Shown: positions 12,101 to 24,531, counted from the whole stretch's first letter. The stretch: DNA of 62,698 nucleotides, filler included, from Asterionella formosa (GCA_002256025.1; 18 parts of 18 records of this genome joined end to end with filler, not necessarily neighbours in it), one strand, 5' to 3'. Translations and numbers: made by a program. The notes: generated from the sequence alone by a model not told the origin.

Positions 12101-15100
12101 CTTCCGCATATCAAGTGACCAAGATGATGAAAAAAAAGATGTTTCGTTGCATTTAGAGGTTCGTCGGTGTCGATTTTCGAATGAACAAAAAATGGCATAC
12201 GAGAGCTGTTGCAGACATGTCCGAAGCGCCCTGTCCTTCAAGCGGACAGGTTGTAGCGAAGTCAGTTTAGACCGAAACATTTCTGCAGCAGATGCTATTG
12301 AGCAGTTGCGTCGTGTTTGTTTTCATTCTGATTTGGAGTATTTTCGCAACAAGTATCCTTTCTCTAGCTCATCCCAGGCAAATACTGACTGTGCACAACA
12401 AATTCTGAGTGGATCTGCGAAACTCCGAGGGCTTATTACTTTTTTGAAAAAGGATTGTGGAATTTTTATTCAAGGCTGGAATGTTCTATACCAATCCATC
12501 GTGGACGAAGACTATTTGGAGGAAGAAGAATCATTCATCGTCAATGAGGGGAGAAAACATGTTGCAGAGAATATTGCCATAATGTGTTCGTCACCCGATG
12601 GACAGCTCTTAACCTCGAGACTCCTTAGCGCACTAGGGATTGAGCATGACACGCTTGCAACGACTCTTGATGGGGATAGACCAGGTAGCTCAAGCTTGCC
12701 AGCATCATATCGGGCTACGTTGGCGTGGATAAAAAGCCAGCTAGCGCTTTCAAAAAGCATACGTGTTCCTCATCATTCTCAACAAAGATTTCAATTGCTG
12801 GTATTGTCTCCACTCAGTGCTGGTACCATACCATTCGCTTATGGTATTGGAGCTTTAGATATAATAGTTTCTATTGATGAAGATTGGAGTGGACGGGGCT
12901 TTGCCACTTTTCACGAATGGGCACAGCGCTGTGGTGTATACAGGAAAAGAATTCGAGAGAAGAAAGGCAACCTTCGATTAATCCGACTTGTATGCAAGAG
13001 CTCATTGGAAGAGACTATCGCGTGTGGTATGCCAGAGGAGGACAGCTCAGACTACAAAGATTTCGAACTAGGGGACTTAAATGAAGAGTTAAAATTTTGG
13101 TCGAGAGATTCCAATGGCAGTTTCGTTCTGCATCCAAGAGGAAGGAAAGATGGAGCTTGGAAGGCGATAGACGTCAAGACGAGATTTGGTTTTTCCTTTC
13201 CAGCAATGGGTATGTTGCGAATCTGTCATACCCCTTTGAACGACGTTCTTAGTGCAGGTGATTCAAAACCAACTGGTTTCCTTTCTGCTACTTCGTCCTC
13301 TTTCCTTCCTTTCGAGGAATTCGCATCAGATAAGTCAATATATTTACAAAGGTTGTCGTCCGTGTGGGATTTCATGCTTAAACTTCTTGCCGTGGAAGAG
13401 CGGCTGTCACCCACAATTTTTCGCTCAGACAGAAGTATGACAAGTGAAAGGTGCCACGTTGCAGCCTGTATTGTTCCTCCCTGCGGGAGGAACTTTCCAC
13501 CCAAACTCACTTTTAGGCAAGACGCACCATTCTTAGCTATTCAGTTCTACATTTTTGACTTCAGCGCACGATTTGCAACTTTGCAAACAGCATCTAGTTG
13601 CACTATTGACTCGGTAAGAAAGTCAATCGCAACTTCTTCTGAGGCTTGTGGTGTTTCTTTGCTTCAAAATGACTCTGAATTCAGAGTCTCTACGCAAGCT
13701 GGTGGGCTTGCGCCTGACCTTGATGCAACTTCTTTCCTGTTTTACATCAACAGCGAAACTTCTTTATCTCAGTTCCAAGATTTTAACGAGAATTCTGCCC
13801 TTGAAAGTGCAACTATTCAACAACATGTGCCACCTACAATTCAGTCTGCGATGGGCTTGAAGCGCGTGAATTTATTTGCAGTCACCTTTGCGAACAGCAA
13901 AATCGAGGGAACTGCAACTTCTGCTGCAATTGGAAACGTGGAGTCATGCATTTATTTCCCTCCACTTTTCCCAGGAATTCTCCTTTCCTCGAAACGAGCA
14001 AGACTGGAATTGGATGTGCTGCTGTCAATGAGAAAGGCGAGTAAGAGAAAGCCCCCTCCAGAAGATACGGTAAATGGACTTCAAAAAGTGAAACGGCCCA
14101 AACTGTTGACTATGTTTCCCAACGACAGTACCGGTACTGGCGATCAACTTGCTGAGTCACCAACCGATTCATTTCAGGCTGCGCACCAAGTCCCGGCTGC
14201 CCAAAAAAGCCACGCGACCACGCTTGATACTGTTTCAAAGGCAGCGAATAAATACAGTTTAGTCCCAGATGCTGATATTGCTAACATATCAGTTGTGTCT
14301 GAAGATGAAACTAGTGCAGATGACCCGGCCTTCTTCCTCCTAGAAATGAACGAAGACTATGGTCTACTAGGTGTTGGTGCAACTGCGACTATGGCTTTCT
14401 CCGGGCAGGAAGCCCGAAACAGCACCATGGACCCACCTCAATATTTGCAATGGTTCGACCAAGGTGGCTTCGAAACTGATTTCTTGGAGGCGTTCTCAGC
14501 AACGGGAACCGTAGACGTCCAAGTATCATCTCGCTTTGGCGACTTTGATCATCGTCTTTCGTCTATGATTTTGTTCGTGTCAAAGAAGAACGCGGTTACA
14601 TCTGTTGGACCTGCCGGGCTTGGTGGGGGACACGCCGGCCAGTTTCCCCCCTTAGTTCTCCAGGGTGGGGTTCCAATGACGACGGCTCCTTATCAGTATC
14701 CTGTACCTGCAATGGGCAACGGAATATCTATCGACTCATCAAATGCTAATGGTGGGGGCGCTCTCAAGAAACCTGTGCACCCTAATCTCGCGGTGACTGC
14801 AGGTTCATCAGCTTTCTCTCTACTGCCAGCACCTGAAGCGTTGATAGGGGTGCCAACTCACACAGCACCTCCCGGTGCCATTGGGAAGGATCAAAACGAT
14901 ATTTATCGCAGTAAGTTACTTGGGATCGTCGGCGTTAGACAATATGGCTGTTCGCTTTTTGATGCTGCTGGATTTCGACTCGCAAGTGCAAGAATTCGCG
15001 ATCGGGTGCATTATCGAATGCTGGCATCCTTGATGGGACGGCCAGATTTTCTGGTCAACAAAGGGGCTGGATTGGATAGCAAAAGGAGTAAGCCGAATTG

Positions 15101-16163
15101 GCATTTTTCACCCAAAACCAACGAATGGACCGGTATTGCTAAGCGAATCAAACTCCAAGATGATAATGCCGATCACTGCAACTCAAATGGGGCCGAAAGT
15201 CACCGCCAGGCTCCACGTGCAACAATGCTTGTTCCAGCTTCGGTCGATTTCGGTCCTTTCCAAACTGGGTATTGCGACAACCCTACACAACCAGTAGTGG
15301 ATAGTTTATCGTTATCAACTAAAAATGGAGTGTCGCTTCCGATGGGGGTGAAGACCTTGACTTACAAATTGGACCATCATATCCGATCTTGGCTACCTCA
15401 AGAGGACGGTTTACTTGACTCACTGGTCTTAAAATACCCCGATAATTGGTATTTGGTGGCAAGGGGTTTCGGTAATGACGGGAAGTCAGTGAGGTCGCCA
15501 CGACAGTGCAAAGAACGATGGGAAGAGTTATTGAACGATGAAGCGTTGTTAGCTAGCATTCGCGTCGAAAATGATAAGAATAGCTCCCGATCACACCCGA
15601 AAACAAGAGTTGATCCTGAGTCAAGCGATATATGCCTTTCGGCTCAACAAGGAACTCGACGAAGGGTGGTCTTACTACCCACATTGAACGAAGGAAAACC
15701 AGCATTATTTACAGCACCTTCAGCATCTATCGAGGTTCCCACATCTATTACAAACAGCCCAAGGACTTTCCTTGCCTTCCGGTTGGCAAGCTTGAAGAAA
15801 CAAAGCATCCCGATGACAATACCAGGAGTGGTAGAAGGTCAGAAGCCATTGCTAGTTGCGTCTCATCCTTCCCACCTTCAGTCGTTACAGGCAGCACTTG
15901 CATCGACCTCATCTGGACAGAGTGAGATGTGGCCGTTGCAAATACTCGATGTGACAGAGAAGCAACGGCTTGCTTCCCGCAATCCTCCATCAGCTTTACC
16001 CAGTTACCCCGCACCGCCAGCGACTGCAATAGCAAGTATACCATCGTCGGGGCACACATCTAGACCAGCCTATCCCACCCCGCCACGATCATCGCGTCCA
16101 CCCAGCTCGGGAACTGCAGCGCCTTCGGTCGTTTCCCATCCTGCCCCACCCGCAAATAAATAA
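9131..16163 (+). CDS. p400/Swr1/Eaf1-like chromatin protein: HSA domain, degenerate SNF2 ATPase, SANT/Myb domain; 2 exons (9131-11446, 11523-16163), ~2318 aa
   Basis: HSA motif [27 protein letters not shown] (~10560). A phase-0 intron at 11447-11522 (GTAAGT...TAG) joins the two ORFs in frame, giving GPRLVLCPAVRQ|FEWRNEL. Further SNF2-like blocks: RCRFSNEQKMAYE, EQLRRVCFHSDL, SAKLRGL, DEDWS, RLIRLVCKSSLEETI. SANT: WLPQEDGLL..KYPDNWYLV..RSPRQCKERW (~15390). Confidence 0.88.
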
Positions 16164-16292
16164 ACTATGTTCCCACTCCACTACGAGGTATTTAACAAAT
16201 AATGACAGCTAAACTGAAATAGGAGAAGTGCACTGGTAATTTGCATGCGGTACTTCGTGTCTGCTTGGTGTCTGCCGTAGACCGTAGAGAAC

Positions 16293-16582
16293 CCTGGTAC
16301 CAGTTGTCTATGTACCGGTATGAGAATACCAGGGGCGTAATATTCTATATGTAGCTAACCATACGAACGGTTGATTAATAAGATACCGTGTGGTCGTACC
16401 TGGTACCTGGTATCTGTCCAGTATATACCGGTAGTTGATGTGGTGAAGTCTGTCAACCAGGTTTTAGTACAGGTACTGTATACTCTACGGTACCAGGTAT
16501 GGTACCAAGTACCTGAAAGAAAACGGTACCTGGTAGTACCATTGAGTATCGTATCATACCCACCTCGGGCGTGTATTACCTT
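16293..16582. repeat. GGTACC / TACC(A/T)GGTA / TACCGGTA motif cluster
   Basis: For example GTACCTGGTACCTGGTA and GGTACCAGGTATGGTACCAAGTACC. Similar clusters at 20050-20185, 20590-20640, 30303-30445, 44914-44985, 54498-54542, 56196-56233, 56617-56700, 58420-58552 and 60597-60672. Confidence 0.8.
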
Positions 16583-16977
16583 CAGCAATGTTTTGGTCAA
16601 TCATAATGCTGGTGACAAAGAAACCTTGCCTTCCTTATTTACCGTTTGCAGGATACATGGGAGAAGTGGAGGTGCGTTTTTTTGCCACGACAATCGATTA
16701 ACAACCTCCTTCCCATCTGTTGCCTCACCTAGGTTATCTACAAAATAAATACCAAAGCAGTTTGTCAGTTGTTGATAGATCCTATATTCTCACTTCCTAA
16801 AATCCGAAGTTTACGAGTATTGAACTGATTAACCAATGCAGAAGGCCTTGTTAGTCGCTTGACGAAACGCAAAGCTACAACTCCCTCGTCTACTTTTTTA
16901 TCAATGGGTTTGAAAACAGCGGGATACAACGGAACGCTGATATCTTCTGGGCTCCCACATAGCCATCAGACAACAAC

Positions 16978-18800
16978 ATGATTTTGAAAACTAGTGAATC
17001 CTTCGTGGCAGGTGCTGGGTCTGTCCTTGTGGCAATGATTTCATTCGCTATATATGCATATCCGCTCTGGAGGGCATCCCAGTTTTCAGAGGAAGCAGTT
17101 CTAGATGAAATGTACCTTCTTGATATCAGCAGGCCTAATCGGGACGTCCAAGGTACCTCTTTACTCTCGGAGTTGTTTCTCAATGACTATTGGGGCAGAC
17201 CACTTTCTGGGGCGTCTAGCCACAAGAGTTGGAGACCCATGACAGTGATGTCTCTCCGGTTTCTAAGCAACCAAAGCGAAAGCGGGATCTTTCAAAGCAT
17301 CTCGTATTTGCCTCCGATTTTTTTTCATCGTGTTGTCAACGTGGTCATTCACACAGCTGTGAGCCACATGGTTGGGGTTTTGGCATTGCGAATGTTTCCA
17401 ACCTCCAATCAGTGGCACGCCTGGACTCTGCAGTGGATGGCTGCGTTAATTTTCGCCTTGCACCCTGCTCATGTCGAGGCTGTCGCAAACACTGCCAATC
17501 GACCTCATATTTTGTCTCTCTTGTTTTCACTATCTACCCTAGATAGCTCTTTGCTGGTCTTGACTCTCATGTGGACTTGTGGCCTTTTGTGCAGCGAAAC
17601 CATATTGTTTCAGCTTCCTGCAGTTATATTGACATCGGCACTAATTCAGTGGAGAAAACCAGGAAACCAAAACATTTCCAAACTTTTCCAGACCAGTCTA
17701 CCTCGCGTTATTCTTTGGATTTTACTTACGCTTGTTTACCTGGCTAGTCGCTATGTATGGGGATCACTTGACATACCGGACGGTCTTTTGGAGCGAGCCG
17801 AGACTCCATTTGTGTTTTTACGAGGATTCGAACGAATTCGGTCATTCGCATATGTTATTTCCATTCATATCGGGAAGTCTTTTGGTGTAGATCCACTGGG
17901 CTTTGCTCATGAGTACAGTTTCCAATGTGTGGCACCTCTTGCGACATGGGCAGACCCGCGGATAGCAGCTCCCGTTGGATTGACAGTATTCATTGTCCGA
18001 GAAACATGGAAATTATTGCAGAAACGGAACTGGGAAGGAATGGTACTTTGGTGTATTGTTGTAACTTGGATGGCAACACTTTTTCCTATAACTGGATTTT
18101 TAAAAGTCGGGACGTTTATTGCCGATCGGATGTGCGTTCCTAGCACAATCGTCATATCAGTTTTTGGTGCCCAGCATGTGGCAGCAAAGGTTTATAATAG
18201 GCAAACGTCCAAGTTGGCAAAAATAGCACTATTATTTCTGGTCAGTTACTTTTTGTTTGGATTCTGGGCTCCTCGAGTCATGAAACGGACACACGATTGG
18301 ACCCGACACCGGCACTTATTCAGAGCGACTAGGAAGACTTGCCCAAAAAGTGCAAAGAATTTGTTGCAACTGAGCAAGCTATATTCTGGAAATGATCCCG
18401 AACTACTGGATTTGACAGAGTCACTGTACGTTAGGTGTTTGTTATCGCTTGCAGTCCACGATTGAATCCCAACTCACCAGCACTTGTTGTCAGTTCTCTT
18501 GTGAAAGAAGCACATCGCCTAGACCCTGAATTCTGTCGTGTACACTACCAATTTGCCCATATTTACGTGAAACAAGCCATGTATCTTGAGATGGAGGATG
18601 TGTTGGTGGAAGCCATTTTATGTCGAACTACTGCAAGTCAAGCAATAGATTTATGGACTAATTATTGGCCATCCATGATGCAGGCCGATCCAATCGCTCA
18701 GAAGAGAAAAGAAAAGCTGATGAAAAGTATAATTGCACGCCAGCAGCTGCAAGCAAATGACAAACAGAGTGACAACAGAAGCAAGAGGGATGAATTGTAG
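16978..18800 (+). CDS. TMTC-like protein O-mannosyltransferase (GT-C/DUF1736, short TPR-like tail); 2 exons (16978-18425, 18494-18800), ~584 aa
   Basis: TMTC motifs NDYWGRPL..SSHKSWRP, IFALHPAHVEAVAN, VGTFIADR and multiple TM helices. A phase-2 intron at 18426-18493 (GTACGT...CTCAC...CAG) restores the frame. The C-terminus is RDEL. Confidence 0.88.
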
Positions 18801-19737
18801 ATCTGAGACTTCAAGATGGTTGTTTGCACTGGCCATTTCCATTGTGCTAGAACTGTTGATAACAGCATATGATTTCTTTCTTTGATGTTCATTCTCTAGC
18901 CAACCAAGTTTGATCATTAGCAGGCTCTAGTGCAAGCAATAAAGTAGGGCTGTGTACAAGTTCCCAAATGATCCTGTGCCAATAACACTCCACCTTCACA
19001 GTATAGCCCTAATTCCAACTTCACACTCCTGTCTACGAATGAACAAACAGTTTTTAAAATAATGGAATGACTACTGACAAAATTGCTTCCTCCCTCCTCC
19101 ACATCCATCATTTCTATAGTTCAATTAACTTGTTAATTGTTGCCGGATTCTCAATCATACCAAGAATATGCAGGAGTCGAAACTCCTTCAAAACACAGTG
19201 AAGACTGATGACGTCCATCTTATTTTTGAAACTAGTACACCAGGCAACATCATTATATCGTTACCTGCTGTTAGTACAGTCCAGGATTACGGTAAACTGG
19301 CAGGTTAGACTGCCTCCTTCACTTGCTGTTGCTGTTGTTTTCCACCAATCACACCTGTCATTTCTAATACAACAGCTTCCGCAATAGCCACCAACATCAA
19401 GTTTCATATCCGCCCTTGCTCAATTTACAATAATATACTATGCCTTGTCTGCTCTGCCCAACTTGAATCTTGTTTTAACTGTTACTAATAGTAATATAGA
19501 GTCCCTCTATGTTGCAGTATATATGTAAAGTTGATGTCTTCAATTACCGGTAGCCAATTTGATGTGTATACAAGTACTCACTTTGGTTTGTTCACCTATT
19601 TCATAAGATTCATTTAGAATTAAATACAAAGAACCAGTAGACAGGCTCTGATAGTCTGTCATGTTCTGGTACCGGTAGTCTGCTGCCACGTACCGGTATT
19701 TGAATTATTTTTTGTGTGCAATGCTCACCGTGTGGTA

Positions 19738-20593
19738 CCAGTAAAAAACTGCACTGACCCACTGTTTTATCCCATTCGTTTGATTAATTCGACTAACACT
19801 TAGCTCCCCTCTCTCTGAAATCTGTTCGGAAGAATTGATGGCATAAGGCGTCGGTACATTAGCATCCTTTCCTACCGGTACCGGTATTTAAATTTATATA
19901 CATCTAGACGTAAAATTCACTTTCAGTGGGTCAATGCAGTATATGAAAATTTTAACATACCTGCAATTAATTTTATATTCGTTGGTGAACACGGATTATC
20001 CTGTTTGGTTCAAAGCGAAAAGACATAAAATGCATGATGCTCCATACATGATACCGGTACATTGTACAGGTACCGTTCCCTGCACCTGGAACCAGGTACA
20101 ATAGATGTACAGTACCTGGTATCAGTTTTTTGCACAGCCATGGGTACATTTTTATAGGTACCAGGTACAAGGTACTCCGTACCAATTATTATGGTCTGCC
20201 TACATAGATACTGGTATTACACGGCTGGACCGGGTTTCATCAATTTTTATTTACCGAATTATTGTTGACAAGGTTATGGATAAGACACAAAATGCGAGAA
20301 ATTTATAGTCATCGTTGTACACAATATAAGATGAGAACTCCAAACTTGGGATAATCCGTGCTTTTCACTTTTTTTCGATCGCCACTTTTGACCTAAAATA
20401 ACGAAACATCGACGTCCAATCGGTTGAGAACTAATTAACAGTATGACTCCATCCGGTATATGCACAAGATACATTCTGGAGCTTAAGAAATAGAAAATGA
20501 ATGATTTTTCATAACAAAACGTGTTTTTTATACCTTCAGTAAGTCAATGCAGTTCGAAATTTTTCCCAGTGGGTCAGTGCAGTTTTTTACTGG
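19738..20593. mobile_element. 856-bp non-autonomous TA-flanked DNA transposon (Tc1/mariner-type MITE)
   Basis: Perfect 27-bp TIR CCAGTAAAAAACTGCACTGACCCACTG (19738-19764) and its reverse complement (20567-20593). Both ends are flanked by TA within GGTACC. Partial internal TIR copies at ~19924 and ~20537. No ORF. Confidence 0.88.
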
Positions 20594-20779
20594 TACCAGG
20601 GTACCAGGTACCAGAAAGCATACCAGGTACCAGGTACCCCGCGATCAAATATGCCGGTAGCTTGTCATATTCATAACAACAGAACAAAGAAATTTCAATA
20701 CTGAACATGAGAAATGAATTTACAGCGGCGCCATCAATTCACAACAATCTAAGAAGCAACGGCAAATACAACAAATAGC

Positions 20780-21541
20780 ATGGTGCCCATAACTTCATTA
20801 TCGCATGCCAAGCAGAACCGAACCAGCAGTAGTACATGTATACGCCTAGCTGTGCTTGCTATTGTGGGAGTCAGTGTGTTGATGTTCCTCCTTTTGAGTA
20901 ACCGATCATCTCAAGCTAACAAGGCGACGTCACAAGGAGATGAGCAGGTCGTATCCATTCAACAAGGTAACACTTCTGACGGAGTTGCATATTATCACTG
21001 CACATCTTCCTCCAGTATTCAACTGGTCCTCCTGCATGGGGCTCATTTTACCAAGGAAAACTACAAGTCTAGTGGCTTGTTGGATAGATTCTGTAGTAAG
21101 GGTGCGTCAGTGACTGCCTTGGATTTCTCCGTCAAGGCCACGGCTAAGAATCTGAAAAATTCGTTGATGGTGCTGTGGCAGGATGGAATTGTCGTCAAAA
21201 ACCGTCCCATGTCACTTGTTACACCATCGGCGTCGGGTTATGGGGTTGTTGACTGGATCAATAATGGGGATTTAGAGGAATTCAGAAAGCACATTCGGCA
21301 TTGGATTCCCGTGGCATCGCCAGCTATATCATCAGCTTCCATAGAGAAACTTGGAATGCTAGATGTTGCTATCTTGGCCATTTATGGAGATAAAGATATA
21401 CTGGGAAGGCGTGTCTCGGAGTTTTTGGCACAACATGCCAATGCACTAGTTGTTGAAATTCCAGGTTCGCATCCGTGTTACCTGGATTCACCGATGCTGT
21501 TTGTAAAGGATGTTATGGAGTTTGTTCAGTCTCATAAATAA
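20780..21541 (+). CDS. ABHD14-like alpha/beta hydrolase with N-terminal membrane anchor, 253 aa
   Basis: LVLLHGAHF, nucleophile region LVTPSASG, IYGDKD and GSHPCYLD match the ABHD14 pattern. One hydrophobic helix near the N-terminus, as in ABHD14A. Confidence 0.85.
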   Translation: MVPITSLSHAKQNRTSSSTCIRLAVLAIVGVSVLMFLLLSNRSSQANKATSQGDEQVVSIQQGNTSDGVAYYHCTSSSSIQLVLLHGAHFTKENYKSSGLLDRFCSKGASVTALDFSVKATAKNLKNSLMVLWQDGIVVKNRPMSLVTPSASGYGVVDWINNGDLEEFRKHIRHWIPVASPAISSASIEKLGMLDVAILAIYGDKDILGRRVSEFLAQHANALVVEIPGSHPCYLDSPMLFVKDVMEFVQSHK

Positions 21542-21652
21542 GGCGACGAAAATCCCATCAAACATGGGCAAGAAACCTTGTTGTGGTGATTTAAATGCTC
21601 GACCTGTATATTTCCTTTTTTCGATTAGTTGATAAATGACTTTTTCATGTTT

Positions 21653-21720
21653 TAATCATGTTATAGTTCTGGTTGTCTCATTTGTTGTGCAGCTATGGAT
21701 GTGAAAGTGTCAAATCTGTT
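21653..21720 (+). repeat. Dispersed repeat shared by the right ends of both large contigs
   Basis: TTAATCATGTTAT.GTT...GTTGTCT....GTTGT.CAGCTA..TGTGAAAGTGTCAAATCTG also occurs at ~50422-50488. Confidence 0.75.
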
Positions 21721-22751
21721 TGTAAAACATTGTTTTGAATTGTGCATCTATAAATTACATGAAAAAATCGCATGTGGTGACTTCAATTTTTGTGATTGCT
21801 TTGCAATTTTATTTTNNNNNNNNNNNNNNNNNNNNNNNNNNNNNNNNNNNNNNNNNNNNTTAATTAATTAANNNNNNNNNNNNNNNNNNNNNNNNNNNNN
21901 NNNNNNNNNNNNNNNCCGGTACATTTTTGTCATCTTAACTTTGAGAGAAGGTAAACGTTTTGTCAGCTTTGTTCCAACAGAAGTGAATAGGTCCAACGAG
22001 CGACAAGAGCACTTACGCAATTTGGTTTTGTTTTGTTTTACATTGGTGCTCCCCAACAAGCGAAACGAGCTGTTGAATCAACTGAGAAAAAAGGAAATGT
22101 GGCTGCGTTTAGTTAACAATTTGTTGTTGTCCTGCCTGCCTCCCAACGATTGTCATCCAAGTACCACATTGATGGCTTCATTACCTTAAACATTCTCCAT
22201 CCTTCGAAGGCGCAATGTTTCGAAGTCACAATGTTTTTCGTTATGTATTGCGTAAACTTTCTTTGCTTGTCATGTCCTTTACTACGACGTATCTTTTCAT
22301 GAAGCAGCAAGCATTGATTGTTAACGTGACAGAACGATTTGAAAAATATATATGCCATGAATATAGTAATAAAATTTGTAAATATATATATATATAGCGT
22401 AATACATTTTATAAAATTCAAAGGCACTCTCGATATGGAACATCTGATATGGTTGAGATGGCCATACTTGCATATACATAATTCGAAAATACTCAATGCA
22501 CTATATGTCCATTGTTTTCCACGACTACGTGTACCGGTATTATCTCTGAAATTTGTTTGCATCGATATTTTCTACGTCCGTTGAAACTAATTATTTAGAC
22601 CGTTCAAATGCCCCTTTTTTGGGCGGGAGCTCTTCATGTGTACCGGTACATCATATGACAATAACAATGTATCATTTATACATACAGGGTACCAGTAGCA
22701 GGTAGTAAGTGATATACTGGGGGTAGTCGGAGTAGTACCGGTAAACTAGCA

Positions 22752-23070
22752 ACAGAACACCATATGTTCAGGACTGTTGCTACTGCAGTGGGACAGTAAA
22801 TCATCATAGTTTTAGGATCGTATGATCGTAAAACTAAAAATCAATAGAACACGAAATGTCTATGACTGCTGCTATTGCAGCGGGACAGTAAATCATCATA
22901 ATTTTAGGATCGTATGATCGTAAAACTAAAAACCAATAGAACACCATATATTCAGGACTGTTGCTACTACCGTGGGACAATAAATCATCATAGTTCTAGG
23001 ATTGTATGATCGTAAAACTAAAAACCAATAGTCGGAGTAATAAGCGAGCAACAGAACACCATATGTTCTG
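22752..23070. repeat. Tandem repeat, ~92-bp unit, ~3 copies
   Basis: GGGACAGTAAATCATCATA.TTTTAGGATCGTATGATCGTAAAACTAAAAA.CAATAG occurs three times. Confidence 0.9.
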
Positions 23071-23273
23071 GCATACCTACCCGGTAGTTATCATAATATT
23101 GCTTTTATGAATTTAACTGGCGCGATAATTAGCCAGGCTGACGAGTTACTACCGGTACCAGGTAGTACGTCTANNNNNNNNNNNNNNNNNNNNNNNNNNN
23201 NNNNNNNNNNNNNNNNNTTAATTAATTAANNNNNNNNNNNNNNNNNNNNNNNNNNNNNNNNNNNNNNNNNNNN

Positions 23274-24531
23274 ATGCCAGATGGTCTCAAGATAGCAAAT
23301 CGAACGGGACAACTATTTTATGATAGTGCTTGGATTGCAGGAGTGGATTATGATAATGAAGCATTTGAAGATGCACAAGACGAAGATTATGAAGATCAAG
23401 ATGCTAGTGACAACGAAAGCAATGATGAAATTCTCGGAGAAGAAGACTATGATGAAATGACTCCGGATGAAATATATGAAGCAGAACAGCTCGAATTAAA
23501 TGACAATACTCAAGAGGATGACCCTGAACCTGACGAGGGCAACAATGAGAATAATATTGAAATGAATGCAGATGAAATCCAAGATGAGGATGAAGAGCAA
23601 GCAACTGAAACTGAAAATGAAGAGGCAATGTTAGAAATCAATCCAAGCACTCAGGATGACTCAGACCCAAATGTTAAAATTACAAGGTCTGGAAGAGTCT
23701 CAAGACCACCATCAAAACTAACTATGGTCCAAAATCATTTGCATACCCAAGCACACTGTCGAGAAGAATACACGATTGATAATGCGAAAGTGATCGCAAA
23801 GACAATGTGTTATATGAATGAGATGTGTATCGATAAAGAAGCATTTCACTTTGTTCAGTCATACAGCTTAAGGAAAGGCCTCAAGAAATTTGGCCAGAAA
23901 GGAAGAGACGCTGCTTATAAGGAAATGAAACAACTACACGATAGAGTTGTGTTTGAACCGATCAGGATTGAAGACCTAACCGATATTGAAAAGCGACGTG
24001 CAATGGAAAGTCTAATTTTTTTGGTTGAAAAGAGAGACAAGAGCATTAAAGGCAGAGCATGTGCCAATGGCAGTTCGCAACGTGAATACATGGAAAGAGA
24101 TGAAGCAGCTAGTCCAACTACCATGACTGAATCTGTTATGATAACAGCAACAATTGATGCGAAGCAAAATCGCGATGTTATGACTGCAGATATACCCAAT
24201 GCATTTGTGCAAGTGGATATCGATGAGAAAGAAAAAGGGGAACGAATCATTATGAAGATTAGAGGTTTGCTTGTCAATATGTTGACAGAACTCAGCCCCG
24301 AGACTTATGAAAAATATGTTGTTTATGAAGGGAACAACAAGGTCCTATATGTTAGGATGATCAAGGCATTATATGGCATGTTACAGTCATCATTATTATA
24401 TTACAAGAAATTTCGGAAGGATATTGAGTCAATTGGATTCAAGGTAAACCCATATGATCCATGTGTTGCAAATCGCATTGTTAATGGCAAACAGCACACA
24501 GTTACTTGGCACGTAGACGATTTGAAATCAA
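23274..24531 (+). mobile_element. Ty1/copia (CoDi-like) pol fragment: integrase-RT linker and reverse transcriptase, uninterrupted frame
   Basis: KGRACANGS, ASPT, TADIPNAFVQ, KALYGMLQS, NPYDPCV, WHVDDLK. Open across the whole contig. Same family as 34440-38628. Confidence 0.95.

Noticed and set aside
11667..16163. 1498-aa ORF as a separate gene
   Set aside because: It has a non-ATG start and is joined in frame to 9131 by a canonical 76-nt intron.
16355..16748. ORFs rich in WYQV/VPGT (also 19973-20308, 30074-30534, 44856-45059, 56574-56891)
   Set aside because: They are translations of the GGTACC motif arrays and show no protein-like features.
22752..23070. CRISPR-like appearance of repeats here, at 4560-4970 and at 61444-61620
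   Set aside because: These are head-to-tail tandem units without unique spacers, there are no cas genes, and the context is eukaryotic.
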